This document shows, one piece after another, positions 1 through 11,400 of a DNA stretch of 64,000 bases (position 1 is its first letter; every line of letters starts with the position of its first letter). The notes beneath the pieces are model-generated. The model was not told the DNA's origin, did no database searches, and saw nothing but the letters and a program-made list of their open reading frames with translations. Source of the DNA: Bugula neritina (Eukaryota; Animalia; Bryozoa). Location: NCBI GenBank assembly GCA_964035545.1, contig OZ037768.1, positions 992,001 to 1,056,000 on the forward strand. Direction: 5' to 3'. The translations under genes and the position numbers were made by a program.

Positions 1-146
1 TCAGATGACAGGCTGAGAGACACACAGACAGACAGACAGACATAGACTAGTCTATATACATGTGTTAACAGCCTAGCATACGATGCTCTAGATACCCACA
101 CAATAGATATAAAATACAAGACACACAAACAGAAAAAGGTTGCATT

Positions 147-3100
147 ATGGATTTTATAGATGGTCTGGATATAGAATTAGATAAGGAGTTTTATTACCCA
201 GGGGAGACAATCAATGGAGCGGTGAACATATCATGTATAGCGAATGCTAGGATCAGAGGTACACAGTGTTTACTCAAGTCTCTGCCACTAATTATATATC
301 TCTCTGTATGCATGCAGTAACTTAATTAGCAGGAAAATAGCATTTTTCCAACAGTAACAAGTTTAGCATAATAAGGTTTGATTTAAAAGGTTTGGTAGTT
401 CAACGCTGACAGCAACTTCCTATAAAATCAATACACATAGATAAATACTCTCCCAGTCGGCAGCGTGTCTTGATTGCTTCCTTCTATCCATACAAGCTGC
501 CCATTTCTGAAATATTCAACGATTTAATCTTCCATTTTAAATATTGTTCTTTGATTTGACTTGAGTACAGAATACAGATTCTTTCTCATTTGGCCTTGTT
601 ACTGTTGAGTTTTCATTCTGAAAATTTTGGCATTTCACCGTTGCTTACAAGTTGCTACACAACTGCACATCGATACACACAACCTTGTGTTAAGTTGCCA
701 CACACTTCAAACCATTCTTATCACAGAATAAGTAACGTGCATTTCTCACGCGTATAAGGGAAGTGAGAATCGAGTTCTCTTTTCTAGGAAAGTTGCTATC
801 ACTACTAGTCGTAGCTGTAGAGTGGTGTGCAGCTGTTAATGAAGAAAAGTTGTGTAATTAAATATGTAGATACTGCAAACCCTGGCCAAGTCACACATTA
901 GGAGTAGGTTTACACAGCCTGTTATATAATCACCTCTTACTATTTAGATACTATTTATTTTCTATAATTGATCAGTGGTTTCGCAGAAAATAATTAAAGG
1001 CCAGGGTATATCTGCAGAAAGCATTATTTATTGGCAGCTATGCCGGGCTGTCAGATATTATATGCAGAAATATTATTAACTGGCCATTAAATAAATACCT
1101 GCATAACCTAGAGGTTGTTGTCTGCTAATTAGTGTAATATGCAGCACTTTGCTACAGTCTAATTCTGCAGATAATCTCTGTATTCATCTTAATACCTTTT
1201 AGTTTATAGTTAGATATAACAAACTTTCTTAATTAAGAATTGTGTATATTGTGGAATATATTACGCTGAGGAAATGTAGACTTTTTAATAATTTCAGTTT
1301 CATTTTGAATCCAAAAGCAGTAAAGAGAAGTAGCAATATAACATAACTAGTAATTAGTGTGTATAACATCTGCTATGAGTTATATTATATGCTATATGTT
1401 AAAAGTACATTAAGTATAACAAATATAAAATGCGCTGCTTGGTATTTGAAGTGAAACCAATTCAAAAGCCGACTTTATGTGCAAAATTTAACTCAAGAGG
1501 AAAGTTATTATACGTCACAAATAATAAAACTAGACGTCTGATTTAGTTATGTAATGCAATGCAATGCAATGTAACATAATGCATTATAATGTTATGATAT
1601 TTTGAATGGGTGGAAGCAAATTTATGAGAAACGCTTCTAAAAGAGGTACATTGCTGTGAAAAATACTTAACTACTCAGCTGATACACATATTTGATATTT
1701 TTCTCAGAATATTACCAAACATGAGAAATTAGTATAATTTATTCAGATTGTTTCTTATAATTAATGGCTGTTGGAGACAAAACTTATTAAGTCATGATTT
1801 ATTTTGTTGTTTTTGTGATCTCCGGCCCTTTTGATTATCTAATAGCCTAAATGAACAGAATTGTAGCAATTTAACAGAAATACATTGAAATGGTTCCAAT
1901 GAGTTTCACATATAGTGCTACTCTAGTTTGCATGCATGCCTCTGTGAAACAATATTAGAAAGTATAAACTTAACCTCAGCTTAACACGATAACATAGGTA
2001 CTTATGCAGGTTATTATTTCTGCCCTATGTTCTTTGCCGTTCGGGGCTAAGAATAAGTTTCCTGACAAACTCAGCTACGTGTTACTATTTCATGACAGTA
2101 TTTCTATATTATTCTGAAATAGTGGATTGCTCTGCATTATTTACTGTCTAATTATTTAGGGCTAGCAGTATCGTTGACTGGCGTGGTGCAAGTTCAGTGG
2201 AAACTCGTCAAGAATGGAATGATCTACACTGTGAGGAATTCCCGTACACTCATGGATAACAAACAAATAATACTAGGTCAAAGTAAGTAAGTGAAGGTCA
2301 GAGTAAGTAAGTGAAGGTCAGAGTAAGTAAGTGAAGGTCAAAGTAAGTAAGTGAAGGTCAGAGTAAGTAAGTGAAGGTCAGAGTAAGTAAGTGAAGGTCA
2401 GAGTAAGTAAGTGAAGGTCAGAGTAAGTAAGTGAAGGCCAAAGTAAGTAAGTCAAAGTCAAAGTAAGTAACTGCCAACCCAGTAAGTATGTAAATGAAAA
2501 ATGATTGATTACTAGACCGTAGATTTAAAAGGTGCAGGGGTATAGATTTTGCTAAGTTCAAGTTTGAGGTGTAATTGATTTAAATTTCGAAAGCAGACAA
2601 TTTTTCCCACAACTCTAGTCAAAAGTTGGAGTGGTTTGATCAGTTGGGACTTGACCTGCATACGATGGGTTGCTATAAGTTTCTCAGCCAAGTCAAAATC
2701 AATTAGTTGTGAAGGACGCATATCTACAAGTTCTGTGCTGCAGTTATAATAATGCTGATTAGTACCTTAGAGTCTGCGTAGTGTAGATAGCTACAGGCAC
2801 ATGCGCACAGCAACTAAACTATTAGTTGAACGTTAGTTCTAACTATTCAGTGGATCAATAAGGAGCATCAGTACAGAGCTCGGACAAGTGCCCCTATAAG
2901 GACTACAAGTGGCCAAGATTGACTTCACTCAACTATACTTGTATTGTAACCTAATTTGCCCGACTATAGCTCTCCACTCAATCCACTCCAGTTATCTGCA
3001 CGGCACTTCAACTGGTGTCATTGCTTCACTCCGCAACTACCGATATTTTGGGAACATTTTCCTGAAGTTGGTGCTTACTTATAGCCAAGAAAATGGTTCA

Positions 3101-6100
3101 GATTTAAGATTTATTTTAACCTCCTTGAAAACCAAGTGCCTGTGTACATGTGTTTAGAGTATAATAACTATGAAAATATTAAAATGGAATATGACTATGT
3201 ATTATACCATATTTGATATTAGCCTTTAAGCAACATTTCAGAATTTTCTCCCCATTTATGACCCCTTATTCATTGATCACTAAATGAAGAACTCTTTAGG
3301 CTAGACTGCAACTTATTCTATTATAAATGAACAAAATCTAGGGTTGAGCCATGAAATAGGAAGTAGCCTTCAGCTTCAACTGCAGTTGACTAATTCTCCA
3401 CGCAACAGCAAAAATTTCTTCAGAGTGTGTTCCGTGGAAAACTATTTCCACATGCGAAACACTCTGACAATTTGACTAACCTCTGCATTCTATATGAAAT
3501 AATGAAATTACTAGAAGGAAAAGCAACTTAATAATGTGATTATAGTCTTAGTGCAAACAATAATGGGTAAAATTCTTAGTCTAATATTTTCAGAGTCAAG
3601 CAACACTTCCGTGGACATGCCCGTGTTGACGAAAGGAACGCACAAAATACTCTTTTCCTTTTCCTTGCAAGATGACCGGGAAATGCCAAGCTCGTTTGAG
3701 AGTAAACTGGGCATCATAAGATACTATATACACGCCTATTTAGACATCCCATACGCCTCTCCACCTCAGGCTAAGAAATACTTCTCTCTTATTGGTCAAC
3801 AGAAAGAATATCCACCAACCGAATGGCTGGTAAGTAAAGAATGAGCTACCAATGGGTTACAAAAAGGTGTGTTTAATATATTATGTTAGCAGCAATTTTG
3901 TGCTGTAATGCAATGGTTAGTCCAGCACACTATGCATTCTGCTTGCCTAGTAAATCGAGTACCAAGTGATTTCATGAGGAAAACCCACCTTCACCTTCAC
4001 CTTCAGCTGGTTCTCATATGGCCAGAGTCTATTGGGTTGGACCTCTGGGAAAATATAACCATCTTTTTTAATGATTTCATAGCCATGTTAGAAAATATAA
4101 TATGCGAAGTATAAAAAAAATACGAATAAGGATCAATTAATATTTTTGTCACAATGTTAATGCTGAAACACAGTTGAAAATGTAGTTAAAACTAGAAAGG
4201 CTGTTTGCCAATTTGCACAGCTTAACTGAAGGCTCTGTAAGTCTTATTTAGATCAAGATGATAATGTATTGACTTGTATTATCAGCAAAAGGTCTGTTCA
4301 ACTCTAACAACAAAGAAAGAATAGAACTAGTAACATCATGGTTGTTATCTCAGCTAATTAACCAAACAATAATATTTCTAGTACAACAATCAGCTTTGTA
4401 AGAGTTATGAGGGAGTAGAATTTCTAAAGGAACTTGATGTCAGAGCTGGAAAATGCAGGGTCATTCACCGAATGTTATTAATGCAAAAGTTATAACCAAT
4501 TTACTAAATGAATAATTTAGGTAAATGGAGAATATTCAATAAACTAAGTATACTGAAAGGAATCATAGTTTTAGGATATTAAATCTGTGTAATTTCAAGC
4601 TGATTAGACGTGTGACAAACTCATCAACTAAGTGTATAAGTTTTGAACTACATACAGAGGTTTTGATTCTAGTTGCCAGATGTTTTAATTTTAGTAAGTA
4701 TATAGCCGATGCAATGACTTCTAAAATGAAATTACTATAATATGAAGTAATGTAGACTAATTGAATAAATTGATCTACATTAAATAACCTGGGAGTTTCA
4801 GCTGAGCTCTCTTGTTGCTTATACCATACAACTACTTTGGTAGGTAGTTCTATCAGACTATCACTAGCAGAAAATGGAGCTAATCAGTTTATTTAACTTA
4901 TTTCTATCACAAAAAAACAACAATTTGAAGTAAAACATGCCATTGTTTATGAAAACTTAATTGCAACAAATCATTAATTAATTTGACAGATTGAGAGAGA
5001 TGAGTGTAAAACATGAAGACATGTAGTTTCATTTAGGTGACACAAAAAGAAATTTTTAGCTCCACTTTTTTGAAGAACAATATCTCCGTCTGCACCCTCT
5101 CATTGTCCACAAAGATTTACGATCTGTTGAAAATATATTAATAACTTATTTATATGATGACTCATGTTTCAGCTACCATATGATGACTCATGTTTCAGTT
5201 ACCATGTGATGACTCATGTCTTAGTTACCATATGATGACTCATGTTTCAGTTACCACTATGTTCCAGGTTCCCATTACGCTGGAACGACACAATCAAAGC
5301 TTATGCATGGCATGCAGTCACGGCTCTCTTTCCTTTGAAGTGGCCCTGGAGAAGACAGCCTTCTGCTGTGGTGAGAATGTACCAATGAGATTAGAGATAA
5401 CAAATGGTGTCAGTTTGAAAGTTTGGCCTTTCATCCAATTAATTCAGGTGAGTTGCAACATATATATTGTAATTTACAGAAAATTAATAGTTGTTGTTAA
5501 ATACTGAATTTGAATGGAGATTCACCACAAAACAATTTAAGGCTTTCTATACAAGAATTCATTTCATTAATTTAATTATAAAAGCTCTAATTATAGACTT
5601 ACCTCTTTCTAGAAATTACAAACTTTTAGATTATATTTTCTGTGACTAGTCACTACTAACTTAACAACAATGCTCTAAATGACAATATACTCCGGTAAGA
5701 ATCACTATAGGTTTATGAGAGAGATATGATAAATCTACATCTACAGTGTTTTACTCTCACTATTACACTGCACTGCTGTCTATAATACTATAACTAACTG
5801 TAAGTAACTGTAGGTAACTGTAGGTAACTGTAAGTAACTGTAAGTAGCTGTAAGTAACTGTAAGTAACTGTAAGTAACTGTAAGTAACTGTAGGTAACTG
5901 TAAGTAACTGTAGGTAACTGTAGGTAACTGTAAGTAACTGTAAGTAGCTGTAAGTAGCTGTAAGTAACTGTAACTAACTGTAAGTAACTGTAAGTAACTG
6001 TAAGTAACTGTAAGTAACTGTAAGTAACTGTAAGTAGCTGTAAGTAACTGTAAGTAACTGTAAGTAGCTGTAAGTAACTGTAAGTAACTGTAAGTAGCTG

Positions 6101-8005
6101 TAAGTAGCTGTAAGTAACTGTAAGTAGCTGTAAGTAACTGTAAGTAACTGTAAGTAGCTGTAAGTAGCTGTAAGTAACTGTAAGTAACTGTAACTAACTG
6201 TAAGTAACTGTAAGTAACTGTAAGTAGCTGTAAGTAACTGTAAGTAACTGTAAGTAACTGTAAGTAGCTGTAAGTAACTGTAACTAACTGTAAGTAACTG
6301 TAAGTAACTGTAACTAACTGTAAGTAACTGTAAGTAGCTGTAAGTAACTGTAAGTATGTACCAGAGAATAATATATCTCTGTCACTATGATGAACATAAT
6401 TTATTAATGTTATTCTACAATGTTTGGGTCTTTTCATAAAGTTCCCACAGTCTCCCCCCTTCATTTTGTAGAGAGTAGATTATTGTGTTGATAAAACTGG
6501 ATTTGGAATAAGAAGAGATGCTACACACATTGTGTGGGAGTACAAAGGACCTCCAGTTCCCAAGCATTCAACTCTGAAGTTAGAAAATCTAAGTCAGGTG
6601 AAGCCTTTGCTATGTCCTTTACAAACAGCTCAGAATATTATTGTATATTCCTAGTGAGGCAGGCTTGGCGTTCAGAATATTGTATATTCCTAGTGAGGCA
6701 GGCTTGGCTTGTGTAGTTATCAGTTATAAAGTAGTTTCAATGTGAAGCTAAAAGTAGCAACAGTCATACAGTGTAGTTGTACAACCTCCTAATTGAGGTA
6801 AAAAGCTAAAATATGCTGCTATGAGTTGAACAATGCAGTACACTATGAGTCATAGAATTTGTGATACACATCATTGTTTATTTGGCTATAAGTAAATTTG
6901 GACTTTCTGGGACATTTATATGTGAAGATATTTTACTGTAGTTGAAGAAGTTGTGTCAAAGGTTTTAGGAAACCTATATAATATATTCTTGTTATTTGCA
7001 GGCCTTACAGATTCCAGTGATGCCCCCCACTACTAGTACATGTGAAATTATTAGGATAGAGTATAAACTGAAGGTTAGACAACTCCAATAATTGCTAAAA
7101 TGCCTATGATGCATTTACAGAAACTCATGATGTCCAAAAATATTTTAGTTTTTTTAAAAACTAGTCTAACAAAGCCGTATCTATATTAAATGTTAAAAAA
7201 CAAACTTTGTATAAAACACCCATTTTATACCCAACTGTTTGCACTTTAGTGTTAATTTTATGAGCAGACGACTATGAACTGTTCATATGAGCAATACTGA
7301 CAATATAGTGACTTGTTACAGGTAAGCCTACTGACTATAAAATGGGGAGAGCCTCTACACCTGACTATCCCAATTCTAGTGACTCCTTACTACCAACAAG
7401 ATGAGAATATCAGAACTCTACTCAGTGAGTGAATCCAGTATTTTAATCCTCTTTAGTCAACTAACTCAATGGAACAATAGTATTCATTAGTATATGTGAA
7501 ACCATATTTAACTGATGACCTTTGGATATACTTCTTGTTAAATAACGAGCTTCAACAGGTTTTGTTCTGTAACAAATCATAAGTATTTTTCTGCGTGTTG
7601 CATTATTTTACTTAATTGATTAAACTCTGAGACTAGAAATAATCAGACTGAAGTATTTATTCCACAGAGCCGGCTGAGCAGTCTGTGATTGGAGGAAACT
7701 ACACAAGTCCCGAGTTGCAGACGGGTGCAGTGTATGATGGGACGGAAGAAGCGAGGGAGACAACTGTTTATCAGCCAGTCTACGTTTGTGTACCTCACAA
7801 AAGAATAATGCAGCCAGCAACCAGTACACTGAGTGCATCAGATGTCAAGCACAATATATCTGATACTAAAGTCAGCTTTGGTGAGGGCGTAGCTGATGCC
7901 ACCCCAAAACAAGCTAAAGTTAGAAACAAGAAAGCCCCGCAAGAGAATAAATCAATAATCAACACAGAAATAGAAATTTCGGATTGCAGAGTTTCTTCGC
8001 TGTGA
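147..8005 (+). CDS. Arrestin domain-containing protein (alpha-arrestin, ARRDC-like), 8 coding exons
   Basis: Exons 147-258, 2160-2282, 3594-3829, 5268-5447, 6472-6597, 7002-7073, 7322-7424, 7668-8005; all GT-AG with consistent phases. Motifs: IELDKEFYYPGETING, MPSSFESKLGIIRY (arrestin_N), LEKTAFCCGENVP and LQIPVMPPT..IRIEYKLKV (arrestin_C). Confidence 0.88.
2276..2470 (+). repeat. 20-bp minisatellite (GGTCAGAGTAAGTAAGTGAA)n, ~9 copies, overlapping the arrestin exon 2 donor
   Basis: Tandem array visible directly; the first unit includes the last 7 exon bases. Confidence 0.95.
5153..5256 (+). repeat. 26-bp tandem repeat (TATGATGACTCATGTTTCAGTTACCA) x4
   Basis: Visible directly, just upstream of the arrestin exon 4 acceptor. 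Confidence 0.9.
5791..6356 (+). repeat. 10-bp minisatellite (TAAGTAACTG)n, ~56 copies
   Basis: Visible directly in arrestin intron 4. Confidence 0.97.
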
Positions 8006-8434
8006 TTGGTCCTTCAACAACAAGAAACAATCAATCTGACCCAGATCATGTATCACATGTCTTTAGATCCACACTGACTCTAGTTGGGGGAAGAATAACT
8101 CCACCAAACCAAATCTAGTCAAACCAATAACCTCAGACATCCTTTACTAAATGTTAGAAGCACATGATTTGTGATGTCATATTAATATATTAATTATTAT
8201 AGTATTATATAATTATAAGAATTATTATTATGTTATTGTGCGAACTGTTGTGTTTGTAAAAAGTTAATAAGCAATACATGGTAAGATAGATTAGTTAATG
8301 GTATATCCATTTTTATTTACTGATAGATAATAACATGTACAAGTATATAACAATAAAAAATATAATAAAATGAAAAAGAGATAAAATACACAATTATTAT
8401 CTTAAATAAGACATGAGATAGATGACAAGAGAAC

Positions 8435-11400
8435 TCAAGTTTGGACTTTCTTTCTCTTAGCGGACTCTGCGGACAGTTTAGTCTTCACGGTCACTGCCGA
8501 AGTCGTCTCCCCACTATTCTTCTCAGATAGAGGAACTTTCTTGTGAGGATTCTGGGTATACCGGGTTACCGTAGAAACGCCATCAACAAACTGTGTCCTG
8601 AACAGGACGTTGGCGTTGTTGAACATCCCATCTTTTAAGGAGACGACGACAAACTAAAAAATAAAATAGCCAGCAAGTTCACACCTCGAGTCACAGCGAG
8701 TTTACACATCGAGTCACACTCGCTTTGAGCTCAACACACAGCTGACTGAGTTACCTGGGAGTTCCTGAAGTGGGTGCGCAGCATCTGGCCGATATTCTGG
8801 GTGTGAGAGAGATCTAAGGCTGCATCTACCTCATCCAGGATGTAGAGAGGAGCCGGCTTGAAGCGCAGCATGGAGAGAATGAGAGAGAGGGCCACCAGAG
8901 ACCTGGGACAGAGCACTCGACATGCAGCATTCCAACTGACTAATGAAACGGAGAAACCAATTAAAATGAAGAATAAACTAGCCAATGAGCAGAGAGTACA
9001 CTAACCTTTGACCCCCACTAAGCTCGGTTAGAGTCTCTTTCCAGACATCACCGAATCCGACCTTCACCTCCAGTCCGTCCAGACAGGAAGCACCCTCTGG
9101 TGGTGCCAGTTTAGCCGTAGCCCCGGGGAGGAGAGTGGAGAATATGGAACGGAAGTCTTTGTTGACCTGTTTGTAGGCCTTCTCCACGGCAATGTTCTTC
9201 TTCTCATTCAGCTCGGCTATGATGTTAGCTGTAAGCATACGGCAGTGTACCTAGGGCTATACATACAGTGTCCCTAGGGCTATACATACAGTGTACCTAG
9301 GGCTATACATACAGTGTCCCTAGGGCTATATATACAGTGTCCCTAGGGCTACACATACAGTGTCCCTAGGGCTATACATACAGTGTACCTAGGGCTATAC
9401 ATACAGTGTACCTAGGGCTATACATACAGTGTACCTAGGGCTATACATACAGTGTACCTAGGGCTATATATAAGGAGACAGTGTACCTAAGGCTATATAT
9501 AATGTGCACCAGGGCTATATATAAGGAGACAGCGTACCCAGTTTCTCCTTGTCTTGCAGCAGGATGCGTCTCTTTCGCAACATGTCGTTGTGCTGCGACT
9601 GAGCTTGGTCCAGCATCGTCATGGCTCTCATGTTGACGTTTCTCTCCAGACCTTGTCGCTTTTCCTGAGGTCAGCAATAAACAGAGTGAGTAGTAAACAG
9701 AGTGAGTAGTAAACAGAGTGAGTAGTAAACAGAGTGAGTAGTAAACAGAGTGAGTAGTAAACAGAGTGAGTAGTAAACAGAGTGAGTAGTAAACAGAGTG
9801 AGTAGTAGTAAACAGAGTGAGTAGTAAACAGAGTCAGCAATAAACAGAGTCAGCAGTAGTAAACAGAGTGAGTAGTAAACAGAGTGAGTAGTAAACAGAG
9901 TGAGTAGTACACAGAGTGAGCAGCAAACAGAGTGAGCAGTAAACAGAGTCAGTAGTAAACAGAGTGAGTAGTAAACAGAGTGAGCAGTAAACAGAGTGAG
10001 CAGTAAACAGAGTGAGCAGTAAACAGAGTCAGTAGTAAACAGAGTGAGTAGTAAACAGAGTGAGTAGTAAACAGAGTGAGTAGTAAACAGAGTGAGTAGT
10101 AAACAGAGTCAGTAGTAAACAGAGTGAGCAGTAAACAGAGTGAGTAGTAAACAGAGTGAGTAGTAAACAGAGTGAGCAATAAACAGAGTCAGCAGTAGTA
10201 AACAGAGTGAGTAGTAAACAGAGTGAGTAGTAAACAGAGTGAGTAGTAAACAGAGTCAACAGTAAACAGAGTGAGTAGTAGACAGAGTGAGTAGTAAACA
10301 GAGTGAGCAATAAACAGAGTCAGCAGTAGTAAACAGAGTGAGTAGTAAACAGAGTGAGTAGTAAACAGAGTGAGTAGTAAACAGAGTGAGTAGTAGTGAA
10401 CAGAGTGAGTAGTAAACAGAGTGAGTAGTAAACAGAGTGAGTAGTAAACAGAGTGAGTAGTAAACAGAGTGAGTAGTAAACAGAGTGAGTAGTAAACAGA
10501 GTGAGTAGTAAACAGAGTGAGTAGTGAACAGAGTGAGTAGTAAACAGAGTGAGTAGTAAACAGAGAGAGTAGTAGTAAACAGAGTGAGTAGTAAACAGAG
10601 TGAGTAGTAAACAGAGTGAGCCAGATTTGTGCAAGGTGAGACACAAGGTGAGACACGAGGTGAGACAGGGGCGAGTGCTGGAGAAAACCCACCTGCAGTC
10701 TGGAAATCTGCCGAGCTGTCTCTTTGGGGTCATTCTGAGAGAAATCATAGGCTGAGTTCTGCTGCCCAAAGAACTGTTTCTCTTCGGTTATCCAATCATA
10801 TTTTAGGAGGAGATTCTCTACCTGCATGACATCTCAGACTATACTATATACATACTCAGACTATACTCTGTACATACAGTATACATACTCAGACTATACT
10901 CTGTACATACAGTATACATACTCAGACTATACTCTGTACATGCAGTATACATACTCAGACTATATAGTCTGTACATACAGTATACATACTCAGACTATAC
11001 TCTGTACATACAGTATACATACTTAGACTATACTCTGTACATACTCAGACTATACTCTGTACATACTCAGACTATACTCTTTACATACAGTATACATACT
11101 CAGACTATACTCTGTACATGCAGTATACATACTCAGACTATATAGTCTGTACATACAGTATACATACTCAGACTATACTCTGTACATGCAGTATACATAC
11201 TCAGACTATATAGTCTGTACATACAGTATACATACTCAGACTATACTCTGTACATACAGTATACATACTCAGACTATACTCTGTACATACAGTATACATA
11301 CTCAGACTATACTCTGTACATACAGTATACATACTCAGACTACACTCTGTACATACAGTATACATACTCAGACTATACTCTGTACATACAGTATACATAC

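Noticed and set aside
5763-6464. 233-aa ORF and the other repetitive ORFs (9628-10827, 15203-15658, 18007-18638, 27371-28987, 47657-48145, 60983-61378)
   Set aside because: These are translations of stop-free intronic mini- and microsatellites, often open in several frames or on both strands; they are not genes.
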